From Patescibacteria group bacterium (lineage in GTDB: Bacteria > Patescibacteriota > Patescibacteriia > Patescibacteriales > UBA12465), in contig JBMNFW010000001.1 in assembly GCA_050949525.1 (NCBI GenBank), positions 655,890-719,889 on the forward strand: a DNA stretch of 64,000 nt, in the 5' to 3' direction. The notes beneath the pieces are model-generated. The model saw only the letters and a program-made list of their open reading frames with translations. It had not been told where the DNA came from and made no database searches. A program made the translations under genes and the position numbers. Below, one piece after another: positions 18,803 through 26,918 of this stretch (positions are counted from its first letter, which is position 1; every line of letters begins with the position of its first letter).

Positions 18803-20171
18803 TTATTTTTCTTAATAAAGTTTTACCTGATAATTCAATCTCTAAATCTGAAATTTCAATATAATTACTACTATCAACATCTTTTAAAAAAGGAGCTGAA
18901 ATAATAAAGCGATAAACCCCTTTTTCTCGCCAAGCATTCTGTAAATCTAAACTTATTTCCGATATATAATACTCACCATCCTTAATAACCGGAGAATATT
19001 TAGCTAAAATAAAATCAGCTTCATTAGCCTGACTAGCCACACTTAATTTATTTAAATTAGGATTAAAAAAAGAGTCAACTGAAAAAGAAAAAAGAGCCTC
19101 CCCTTCAATTAAAAACCCCGAGGAATCTGATTTAATTAAAACTAAGTCGGAGTCAGGTTTAGGAACTGAAAAATTAAATTGCTGAAAAATTTTATCAACC
19201 TTAAAAGTGTTAGAAGCAATTTCGATTTCTCCCAAGGATTCAATATTAATACTTTTTATTCTTAAATTATTTTGATTAGAATAAAGAGTGAATGGACCAT
19301 AACTTTGATCTAAAAAAATCTTATTAATAAATACTAATTTACTTAAATTAGTTTTAAAACTAGATAAAATTTGATCATTAGCCTTTATCTCTAATTTATA
19401 AACCCCTTCAGGAAGATCACTTAAATTAAGCTGATAAAATAATTCATCCTCCACCAAAAAACTAATACGATCAGAAAAGATTAAATTATCTTGATAATAT
19501 AAAAAAAGATCCAGATCTTTAAGAGTATCACTCTGTCTTAAAAAAGAAAAATCAAAATTAAGATTCTCTTCTTTTAAATAAAGATAAAATGAATGTGATC
19601 CTTTTAATTGATTTATTTCTAGTACCTGATCAGAAACAGGCTGATAAGAAGGATCAATATAGATAAAATTAGGTTGAAAATTATAAAAAACAGTACTAGA
19701 ACTAAAATTAGATTGATTTAAAAATTCTTGATAATTAGAAAATATTTGATCTTTTTGATAAAATAAAACACCATCTTCAATTTGAGCTTCGGTTAAATTT
19801 TCTAAAACATTATTATAAAAAGGTTTTAAACTATAATTCCAATTATCTTTATCAACTAAAACTCCAGCCTCTAAATTAATAAAATCATGATTAACTATAA
19901 GCTCTGGACTGAAACGATACTTAATCTTTAGTTTAGCTTCCGAAAAATTTCGTGGACTTCGTAAATAAAAATAAACTGGATCTCCAATTATTTTATTATT
20001 AATAATTCTATCTTCAGGACCAAATTTATGAAAAAAACCTCGACCCCATAAATAAGGACGAGAAAAGCTATATTGGTATTTTATTTTACCTCCTGGAACT
20101 ATATATAAAAAAGCCAGGACTAAAATAAAAAAAACTAAAAAACTATATAGTATAATTCTAAACTTCTTCAT
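18783..20171 (-). CDS. Hypothetical membrane-anchored protein (462 aa)
   Basis: Long ORF with an N-terminal TM (ILYSFLVFFILVLAFLYIV). No motif recognised. Confidence 0.6.
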   Translation of the reverse strand: MKKFRIILYSFLVFFILVLAFLYIVPGGKIKYQYSFSRPYLWGRGFFHKFGPEDRIINNKIIGDPVYFYLRSPRNFSEAKLKIKYRFSPELIVNHDFINLEAGVLVDKDNWNYSLKPFYNNVLENLTEAQIEDGVLFYQKDQIFSNYQEFLNQSNFSSSTVFYNFQPNFIYIDPSYQPVSDQVLEINQLKGSHSFYLYLKEENLNFDFSFLRQSDTLKDLDLFLYYQDNLIFSDRISFLVEDELFYQLNLSDLPEGVYKLEIKANDQILSSFKTNLSKLVFINKIFLDQSYGPFTLYSNQNNLRIKSINIESLGEIEIASNTFKVDKIFQQFNFSVPKPDSDLVLIKSDSSGFLIEGEALFSFSVDSFFNPNLNKLSVASQANEADFILAKYSPVIKDGEYYISEISLDLQNAWREKGVYRFIISAPFLKDVDSSNYIEISDLEIELSGKTLLRKINEKLFK

Positions 20172-20219
20172 GCCTAAATTATCGCATATTTAGGAAGAAA
20201 ATACAAAAAAGATAAACAC

Positions 20220-20708
20220 CTATAATTCTTCAATTAATTCTTTAATCATTGGATACTCTGGAGATCTTTTTATATAAATAGCCGCATTACTATTTCGACT
20301 CTTTAGTCCAGCTAAAGCTTTTTTTAAATTTTTTATATCCTCCTTCAAAGAGTTTCGAAAAAAAGAATTTAAAGTAGAATAAGCTCCTAATCCTGATTTA
20401 GCCTTCCAGGATACTTCACCATAGCTTGGATTATTAGCTACTTCTTTTACTTTTTCATAATCAACAAAAGAATCCAAATTTCTTTCAATAAGACTAGCAA
20501 AATTAGTTATGGTTAACAGTTCAATTCGTAAACGCCTCTTAATATGTGAAACTAAATCACAAACCTTACTAATAGCTTCTCTCTGTTCAGAAGAGATCTC
20601 AGGTCTTTTTTCTACCGAAGGCTTATATCCATGTCTACTTTGCCAATACCATTGTTCTAATTTATCACTATCAGTTTCTCCGGGCTCATCATGATAAATA
20701 TTATCCAT
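20220..20708 (-). CDS. Hypothetical protein (162 aa), possibly the downstream part of a frameshifted gene
   Basis: ORF with AAGGAGG just upstream of the ATG. The same frame opens exactly at an A8 run at 20751-20758 (see findings). Confidence 0.55.
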   Translation of the reverse strand: MDNIYHDEPGETDSDKLEQWYWQSRHGYKPSVEKRPEISSEQREAISKVCDLVSHIKRRLRIELLTITNFASLIERNLDSFVDYEKVKEVANNPSYGEVSWKAKSGLGAYSTLNSFFRNSLKEDIKNLKKALAGLKSRNSNAAIYIKRSPEYPMIKELIEEL

Positions 20709-20719
20709 CTCCTCCTTAG

Positions 20720-20815
20720 TTAAAAATGGTTCTTCAGATTTAAGAGGCTCTTTTTTTTACCAGAAAAATCTAAATCTAACTCATATTGACCAAATTTATC
20801 CATTTTTATTTTCAT
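20720..20815 (-). CDS. 31-codon upstream ORF ending shortly after an A AAA AAG heptamer
   Basis: My translation is MKIKMDKFGQYELDLDFSGKKKSLLNLKNHF. A -1 shift at 20750-20756 fuses it in frame to the 162-aa ORF. Confidence 0.3.
   Translation of the reverse strand: MKIKMDKFGQYELDLDFSGKKKSLLNLKNHF
20750..20756 (-). promoter_or_regulatory. In-phase A_AAA_AAG slippery heptamer (candidate -1 frameshift site, or a homopolymer indel)
   Basis: Minus strand reads GGT AAA AAA AAG AGC. The heptamer is in the X_XXY_YYZ phase of the upstream ORF, and the -1 frame continues GAG CCT CTT ... into the 162-aa ORF. Confidence 0.3.
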
Positions 20816-20945
20816 ATTTTTATACTTTAATAATATATTATATAAAAACAGTAAAATAAAAATATTTCATTGTCAAGTCTTGACTTTTAAGGTAATATAT
20901 TTTAAAGTTAAATGTTAAATAAATGTTCTTTAAAAAATTAGTAAA

Positions 20946-21590
20946 ATGAAAACAATGAAAAAAAAGGAATTGTTATTGTTAGTCATTTTACTAATAATAA
21001 CAATTTTAACAATCTATGCTTGTTTATTTAAAACTAGCATAGAGCTGGGAACTATTTTTATTGAAAGAGTTCCCCCTTATTTAAACCTTTCCCTTTTAGC
21101 AACTTTTACTCTTATCACCATAAGTTTACTTTACGTGATAAAAAGTAAAAAAACAAACTCAGAAAGGGAAAAAGAGTCCTTTGGCGATGGAGCCTATATA
21201 GGAATAAAATTTGGTCTCATCGTTTTCCCCTTAACTCTATATGCTCTATTTTTTTCAATTATATACAAAATTATAATTGGAATAAGTGTAGCTATAGTTC
21301 TAAATTTATTCCTAATATCATTTTATGATTTAGGAACTTCAGCTATTAGTACCCGTAAAGAAAGAATACGGGTAGCATTTGGAATACAACTAGGGTTAAG
21401 TCTAACGCTAGCCCTCCTAATTGGAGTTTTCTCAGGAATAACTGAGGGACTACTGATAGGGCTCATAATTCTTATAAACATTATGATTTTCAGTACCATA
21501 ATTATAACCACTATAATTATTATAGTAATAGGACTGAAAACAATAATAAGAAAAATAAAAAAAATGATATACAAAAAAAGAGGCTATTAA
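20946..21590 (+). CDS. Hypothetical polytopic membrane protein (214 aa)
   Basis: Several hydrophobic segments. No motif recognised. Confidence 0.55.
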   Translation: MKTMKKKELLLLVILLIITILTIYACLFKTSIELGTIFIERVPPYLNLSLLATFTLITISLLYVIKSKKTNSEREKESFGDGAYIGIKFGLIVFPLTLYALFFSIIYKIIIGISVAIVLNLFLISFYDLGTSAISTRKERIRVAFGIQLGLSLTLALLIGVFSGITEGLLIGLIILINIMIFSTIIITTIIIIVIGLKTIIRKIKKMIYKKRGY

Positions 21591-21613
21591 AGCCTCTCTT
21601 TTAATTCATTAAT

Positions 21614-22327
21614 TTAATCAATTTTCAAGGCTTTTTTAATTTCATCTTCTCCTAATTCTTGAGTACAAAAAAACCAATCATAACAATGCAGATCATTTTT
21701 ATTTTCCATTCTTTCTTTAGCCACCCCACAAGATCCAGCAGTCGGAACAATAACTTCATCTCCAGGACGCCAATCAGCTGGAGTAGCTACCGAGAACTTA
21801 TCAGCAGTTTGAAGAGCAATTAAAGCTCGATATAATTCGTCAAAATTTCTTCCTAAGCTTAATGGATAATAAATAATAGCCCTAATTACTCCTTGGGGAT
21901 CAATAAAAAAAACAGCTCGAACAGCTTGAGTACTACTTTCTGCGGACTGAATCATACCATATTTTTTAGAAACGGTCATACTAATATCTTCAATTAAAGG
22001 AAACTTAACTTCAATATTTTTCATTCCTCTATATTCAATTTTTTCTTTAATAGTTCGAAGCCAAGCAATATGACTATAAAGACCATCAACTGATAATCCT
22101 AATAATCTACAATTAGCTTGATTAAATTTCTCTTCCATATTAGCAAAAGTCATGAACTCTGAGGTACAAACTGGGGTAAAATCAGCAGGATGACTAAAAA
22201 AAATTACCCATGATCCCCTATAATCCTCTGGAAAATTAATATTTCCTTGAGTAGTAACAGCCTGAAAAGCAGGAGCTTGATCCCCGATTCTCGGCATAAA
22301 AAAATCTTGACTTTCAATATTCTCCAT
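21614..22327 (-). CDS. Peroxiredoxin (1-Cys / Prx6-like)
   Basis: FFSHPADFTPVCTSEF peroxidatic-Cys motif and SVDGLYSHIAW. 237 aa. Confidence 0.85.
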   Translation of the reverse strand: MENIESQDFFMPRIGDQAPAFQAVTTQGNINFPEDYRGSWVIFFSHPADFTPVCTSEFMTFANMEEKFNQANCRLLGLSVDGLYSHIAWLRTIKEKIEYRGMKNIEVKFPLIEDISMTVSKKYGMIQSAESSTQAVRAVFFIDPQGVIRAIIYYPLSLGRNFDELYRALIALQTADKFSVATPADWRPGDEVIVPTAGSCGVAKERMENKNDLHCYDWFFCTQELGEDEIKKALKID

Positions 22328-22351
22328 AAATTTTAAATTAATTATAAAAAA

Positions 22352-22795
22352 TTATTTATTATTAAATATTTTATACGCTATATCAATATCTAATGGAACT
22401 TCAGAAACCACTTCAAATCCTCGGCCTCTTTTTTTAGACACCCTATAATAATATCGACCACTTTCCAATATTTTTATTCCCTGAATATTAGTTATACTTC
22501 TTAATCTTTTATCTCCCTTCTTTGATTTTAAAACAATAAAAAACTCATTTAGAACTTCACCAAGCGGACTTACAAACTCTAATTTCACATCTACTTTATT
22601 TTCCTTAGAAAAGTCCTCTATAGCCCAAGCACTAATAAGTTGTAAATTAACAGGGATAACAATTTGATTATTTTTAGAAATTTTGGTTTTATCTATTTCA
22701 ATTTTTATTTCTTCTACACAATTATGCAAACTTAACAAATTAGTTTGAGGGTCTATTGAAGAATTATTACAAATTATTGACCAAACATTTTTCAT
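22352..22795 (-). CDS. Hypothetical protein (147 aa)
   Basis: Clean ORF downstream of the toxin-antitoxin pair on the same strand. No motif recognised. Confidence 0.5.
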   Translation of the reverse strand: MKNVWSIICNNSSIDPQTNLLSLHNCVEEIKIEIDKTKISKNNQIVIPVNLQLISAWAIEDFSKENKVDVKLEFVSPLGEVLNEFFIVLKSKKGDKRLRSITNIQGIKILESGRYYYRVSKKRGRGFEVVSEVPLDIDIAYKIFNNK

Positions 22796-22811
22796 ATTTT
22801 TAAATTATTAA

Positions 22812-23210
22812 TTAATATAACACCTTTAAAGGAGTGATATTTACTTTAATTTTTGTAGTATGTTGAATAGTTTTGCTATTTCCAATAAATATAAACTCAT
22901 ATGGAACATTAAAATCAAAAACCCTACTCCAGTTTTTATAACTAAACCCTAAAGAATTTGCGATTCGGTTTAATAAAGAAAAACCAATATTAACATCACC
23001 ATTTTCAATTTTAGAAATAACCTTTTGAGTAGTTCCGGCTTTTCTCGCTAACTCCTGTTGGCTAATTTTTAGTTTTTCTCTAGTGTTATAAATCTCAACA
23101 CCCAACCTAATTCTTTCTTTAGCCTCTGTATAGTATCTAGCAAAATGCTTTTCTTTCCTAGCCTCTGCAACTGGGTCAATATTTGTTTTTTTATTATTTA
23201 TACTCTTCAT
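22812..23210 (-). CDS. XRE-family HTH protein, HigA-like antitoxin
   Basis: HTH segment LKISQQELARKAGTTQKVISKIENGDVNIGFSLLNRIANSLG. Overlaps the upstream toxin-like ORF by 17 nt. Confidence 0.7.
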   Translation of the reverse strand: MKSINNKKTNIDPVAEARKEKHFARYYTEAKERIRLGVEIYNTREKLKISQQELARKAGTTQKVISKIENGDVNIGFSLLNRIANSLGFSYKNWSRVFDFNVPYEFIFIGNSKTIQHTTKIKVNITPLKVLY

Positions 23211-23619
23211 AGTTTTTTGGATTTAATTTAAATATTTTTAAATATTTTTCACCTATTTGATTTTGTCTATTAACCTTTTTTCTCTCTCTTTCTGTATCAT
23301 AGTTAGCTGGTTTTTCAAAAGCATGAAGAAGAACCATTTTATTTTTATACCTAAAATAAAGAATTCTAATAACTGTCCTTGAATCTTTTGAATTCAGAAT
23401 CTCAAAACAACTATAACCATGTAATGGCTTGGAAATTGGAGGGATAGGTTTTCCACCATTATCTCTAATATATTCAATTTTAGCTCCAATACTAGCTAAA
23501 ATTTTTTGTTTTCTTAAAATAACGCTCCTCTTATCTTTATTAGTAGGTAAATATTGTTTTAAATATTCTTTTACTGGACAATGTTTTAAGCTTTCATCAT
23601 AAAAATAAACAATATCCAT
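23194..23619 (-). CDS. Gp49/RelE-HigB-like toxin
   Basis: C-terminal pattern RILYFRYKNKMVLLHAFEKP matches the RelE/Gp49-type core (R-I-L-Y-F ... L-L-H-x-F-x-K). Toxin-first order is as in HigBA. Confidence 0.6.
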   Translation of the reverse strand: MDIVYFYDESLKHCPVKEYLKQYLPTNKDKRSVILRKQKILASIGAKIEYIRDNGGKPIPPISKPLHGYSCFEILNSKDSRTVIRILYFRYKNKMVLLHAFEKPANYDTERERKKVNRQNQIGEKYLKIFKLNPKNYEEYK

Positions 23620-23687
23620 ATATTCTTAATTCATCATATAATTATATTATATCCTATTAGATATATTTGTCAATAAAGCAAAATTAT

Positions 23688-23713
23688 AAAAAAACGAGAT
23701 TAAATCTCGTTTT
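23688..23713 (-). terminator. Rho-independent terminator downstream of 23789..24769
   Basis: acgagat (23694-23700) / taa loop / atctcgt (23704-23710), with an A-run on the + strand giving a U-run on the minus-strand transcript. Confidence 0.6.
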
Positions 23714-23788
23714 AATAAACTAACCATTGCTCGCCTGGAGAGACAGTTTTCGGACGTGGGTGGCTAATAATAAAGAATAATTTAGACA

Positions 23789-24769
23789 TCAATTCTTCAT
23801 TTGTCTAACCTCAAAATCTACTAAATTATCTAAATTAAAATTTTTTCTCTCCGCCTCACATTCTCCTCTCTCTTTGTCTGGATAATTACTACAATTAGGG
23901 TACCGAGCTACAAATTGCACCAAGTAAACATTACCTTCTATTACTGTCGTATAAGCATATTGCGTATAGACAGATCCTACTGCTCCTTCGCTTGAAGCGC
24001 CTATGCAATATTTCTGACCGTTTACCTGTCTCTTGCTTATTCGTAGCGGCAAACTTGATTCTAGGGGAGTTTCATCACACTCTATTTCACTATTTTCTAC
24101 CCAAGACTCTAATTTAGGATATTCTTCGACCTTAAATACGTTTGAGCCATAATTCTGAAATGAAATATAACTAGCCTTAAAGCTATCTGGTAGATTTGAT
24201 TCTATATTTCCTTCTTCAGTATATAAATGCTTAACTCCTTCTACTTTGATTGTACCTAAGGTTGTATAAATCTCACTTTCTTCGTTAATCAACTCTCCGC
24301 TAATTTCTATTTTTTGTCCCATTCTTATTTTATTAACTACATTATTTTTATCGTCACTTGGCGCTTGCAGGCGATAATAATCACCATCACTATTCTTAAT
24401 ACCAAATACACATAAATGATTATGAGGTTCATCTTGATTTTTTACAGGTAAACAAACAAAATCTCCGGAGACAATGAATAAATCTTTATTTTCTAAATTC
24501 ACTGCTTCATTTATGGGTAAATTTCCACAATCACAAAGTATTTTTTTACCACACAAAGTTGACACGCTGCCACAAGGAACTTGAACATTATTATATTCTT
24601 TACATCCAAATAACCCTTCACAATTTTTTAAGTTAAATTCGCAATATCCTTTTTCAGGATATACTTTAAAATCGTTTTTACACTTATTTGGAATTAAAAA
24701 AAATAAAGCAGTAATAATGAATAGCAAAGCAGCGAGAGAGTAGATTAGAATTTTGAATTCCTTTTTCAT
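23789..24769 (-). CDS. Hypothetical secreted/membrane-anchored Cys-containing protein (326 aa)
   Basis: N-terminal TM (ILIYSLAALLFIITALFFLI) and multiple Cys in the first 100 residues of the ectodomain. Confidence 0.55.
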   Translation of the reverse strand: MKKEFKILIYSLAALLFIITALFFLIPNKCKNDFKVYPEKGYCEFNLKNCEGLFGCKEYNNVQVPCGSVSTLCGKKILCDCGNLPINEAVNLENKDLFIVSGDFVCLPVKNQDEPHNHLCVFGIKNSDGDYYRLQAPSDDKNNVVNKIRMGQKIEISGELINEESEIYTTLGTIKVEGVKHLYTEEGNIESNLPDSFKASYISFQNYGSNVFKVEEYPKLESWVENSEIECDETPLESSLPLRISKRQVNGQKYCIGASSEGAVGSVYTQYAYTTVIEGNVYLVQFVARYPNCSNYPDKERGECEAERKNFNLDNLVDFEVRQMKN

Positions 24770-24881
24770 ACTATTTTAAATTTAAATATTAAATACTTAT
24801 AATATAATATGTCCCACTTTTTTTCTATCAAATAATCTAAAGTATAAAACTATAAAATAATAGTGGAAGGTACCCATTTCA

Positions 24882-25685
24882 TTAGACACTATTCTTGCAA
24901 GATTCCTGATAAAGCCGGCTGTAAATAACAGGCGGCATTTTTAATTTTGAATGTATTCTTAAATTATTATACCTATAAATAGTTCTATAAATATTATATA
25001 TCAATTCTCCTAAGCTACCAAATCTATCAGGATCACCTAAATCTAATTTAAACTGACAGTAGAATGATTCTTGATAGCCATTTTCCCAAGGACATCCTGG
25101 TCTACTCATAGATTGTTTTATTCCTAAATTTTTACAAATACCTGAATAATCATAAGAGGTGTATTCACTGCCCCTATCAGAATGAATTATTTTGGCTATC
25201 GGATTATTATTAGTAGCAGAAAATAAGGCATTAATTATCAATTGATTACTATGATTAGTTAAAATACTAAATCCAACTATTTTTCTAGTATATAAATCAA
25301 TAATAGTAGCTAAATATATAAATTTTCCCTGATATTTAATATGGGTAAAATCACTAGCCCAGATATGATTGGGATACTCGGGTATATTATTTAATAATAG
25401 ATTAGGAAATTCTATGTCTCTATTTACTTTAACATACTTAAATTTCTTAGTTTTGCGACGATAGGGCTTAATACCAAATAATTTCATTACTCGAAGTATT
25501 CTTTTTTTATTAATTTTCAAATGAACAGCCAATCTTTTATGTCCGTAACTAGGAAAATCATGTAAAACTTCTTCTATTTTAACCTTTAAATTCCAATCTT
25601 TTATTTCTTGTTTAGATTGATAATATATTAATTGACGAGATATGCCTAGATCTTTAGCTATCTGAGACTTATTATCTCTTTTCAT
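24882..25685 (-). CDS. IS3-family transposase OrfB (rve/DDE integrase core)
   Basis: WASDFTHI ... HSDRGSEYTS ... PWENGYQESF pattern of a DDE integrase core. Confidence 0.9.
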   Translation of the reverse strand: MKRDNKSQIAKDLGISRQLIYYQSKQEIKDWNLKVKIEEVLHDFPSYGHKRLAVHLKINKKRILRVMKLFGIKPYRRKTKKFKYVKVNRDIEFPNLLLNNIPEYPNHIWASDFTHIKYQGKFIYLATIIDLYTRKIVGFSILTNHSNQLIINALFSATNNNPIAKIIHSDRGSEYTSYDYSGICKNLGIKQSMSRPGCPWENGYQESFYCQFKLDLGDPDRFGSLGELIYNIYRTIYRYNNLRIHSKLKMPPVIYSRLYQESCKNSV

Positions 25686-25687
25686 AG

Positions 25688-25945
25688 CTAAATCTTTTTT
25701 TGGGTTTGAGATAATTTAATAGTTAGCTCTCCTACTAGAGCTAATAACTCCTTATTTTGTTTCTGTAAACTAGAATATTCTCTCCAACTAGGCTGAGCTT
25801 TAATAGTTCGACTTAACCAGCTATAGATAGTATTAGGACTAATACCATGTTCTTCGGCTATTTTAGGGACAGAAGATGACCCTTCTTTAACTCTTTCTAA
25901 AATTTGATCTTTTATCTCCTTGGAGATTTTAAATGTTTTTTTCAT
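25688..25945 (-). CDS. IS3-family transposase OrfA (HTH)
   Basis: HTH (VPKIAEEHGISPNTIYSWL) followed by a leucine-zipper-like tail. Ends TQKKI at the slippery site. Confidence 0.9.
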   Translation of the reverse strand: MKKTFKISKEIKDQILERVKEGSSSVPKIAEEHGISPNTIYSWLSRTIKAQPSWREYSSLQKQNKELLALVGELTIKLSQTQKKI

Positions 25946-26001
25946 ATATTCACATTGTAGGAATGCATGGAGAAAGTGTCAAATTTTTGGGGTACCTTCC
26001 A

Positions 26002-26424
26002 CAATATAGCTAAAATGATTAAAAAATAATCTTTATTTGATACTTCTAATGATTTTTTAAAATTATAAAATGGCTTGTCTTTCAAAGAAATAAACCATCC
26101 TTTTAAGTCTTTTCTATATAAAAATATTAATGGCAATAATGATGGCAAGAAAAAGATAAAACTATAATAATCAATATAATCTATTGATAAAACTAAGTTA
26201 GCTAAAAATAAAATAAAAAAAATAATTTTAGCAGGAATATTAACCCATCTTTTTTTATATAAAACTATATAAATAGCAAAAAAAGTAATTGCCATTATAA
26301 ATAATAAAAAATCTAACATAATATTATCTGATGTAATCTCTACCCAAAAAAAGAACAAAGAAAAAAACATCAAAAAACAAGACATAACTAAACAAAAAAC
26401 TCTTTTAAATTTAGATGGCTTCAT
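26002..26424 (-). pseudogene. Polytopic membrane-protein gene whose 3' end is interrupted by IS3 copy 1
   Basis: The track ORF 25942..26424 reads into the IS end (tail WKVPQKFDTFSMHSYNVNI is IS-derived). Removing 24864-26001 joins ...LAIL to LLFYSFIL-stop at 24837-24863, in frame. Confidence 0.65.
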
Positions 26425-26485
26425 AATTTTAATAAAATTATTATATAAATATATTTAATTCTTTAGATTTACCTTTTTTTATATC

Positions 26486-26569
26486 CTATTTAATTAGACT
26501 TATTATAGTAGCTAAAGTACTAAAATAATCATTTACTTTAATATAAAACTCTAAGGATTTATTGTTCAT
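26486..26569 (-). CDS. 27-codon small ORF, paralog of the IS-split small ORF at 60414..60468
   Basis: My translation MNNKSLEFYIKVNDYFSTLATIISLIK compares with MNKKSLEFHVKSDDYFGTL at the second locus. Confidence 0.35.
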   Translation of the reverse strand: MNNKSLEFYIKVNDYFSTLATIISLIK

Positions 26570-26639
26570 AAAAATTTTATCCACTATCAACTTTTAAAAC
26601 AATGCTATGATTATTAAAGGGTCCTAATTACTAAAGATG

Positions 26640-26897
26640 TTAATAACAATAATAGCAATAATCCTCAGCGTACTCGCAACTATCTTGAGCATTATAGCAA
26701 GAATCCTCAGCATAGTCACAACTATCTTGAGCATCATAGCAAGAATTCTCAGCATCTCTACAGGATTCTATTGCTTCAATTGAATTATAAAAAGCATTTT
26801 TAGAATATTCAATAGCCTTATCAATTTTAATATAAATAATAAATAATATTATAATTACTACAATTTTGAACCAATTATCTTTAAAAATTTTTTTCAT
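26640..26897 (-). CDS. Small membrane-anchored protein with an acidic Cys heptad-repeat tail
   Basis: N-terminal TM (WFKIVVIIILFIIYI). C-terminus is ESCRDAE NSCYDAQ DSCDYAE DSCYNAQ DSCEYAE DYCYYCY. Confidence 0.6.
   Translation of the reverse strand: MKKIFKDNWFKIVVIIILFIIYIKIDKAIEYSKNAFYNSIEAIESCRDAENSCYDAQDSCDYAEDSCYNAQDSCEYAEDYCYYCY
26652..26756 (-). repeat. About 2.5 x 42-bp imperfect tandem repeat encoding the Cys heptads
   Basis: Units start at 26652, 26694 and 26736 (atagcaa[t/g]aat[c/t]ctcagc...). Read directly. Confidence 0.85.
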
Positions 26898-26918
26898 AAA
26901 TTTATTTTAAATTATTAA

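Larger units (their letters stand above)
24864..26001 (-). mobile_element. IS3-family insertion sequence, copy 1 (1138 bp)
   Basis: Terminal inverted repeats TGGAAGGTACCC...GACAC at both ends (TG...CA termini). orfA/orfB joined by an in-phase A_AAA_AAG heptamer (25694-25700). Near-identical to the copies at 56223 and 59276. Confidence 0.9.

Noticed and set aside
20870-20898. TTGTCA-17-TAATAT promoter-like sequence upstream of the 214-aa membrane-protein gene, overlapping a small palindrome (gtcaag-tc-ttgac).
   Set aside because: Sigma70-like hexamers occur frequently by chance in sequence this AT-rich, and there is no other evidence such as a mapped 5' end or conservation.
26652-26756. Regularly spaced repeats at 26652-26756 (42-bp units) and 54904-55171, considered as possible CRISPR arrays.
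   Set aside because: The first set is a coding tandem repeat with no spacers. The second has only two or three copies with irregular spacing and an inverted member. No cas genes are present. Neither fits a CRISPR array.
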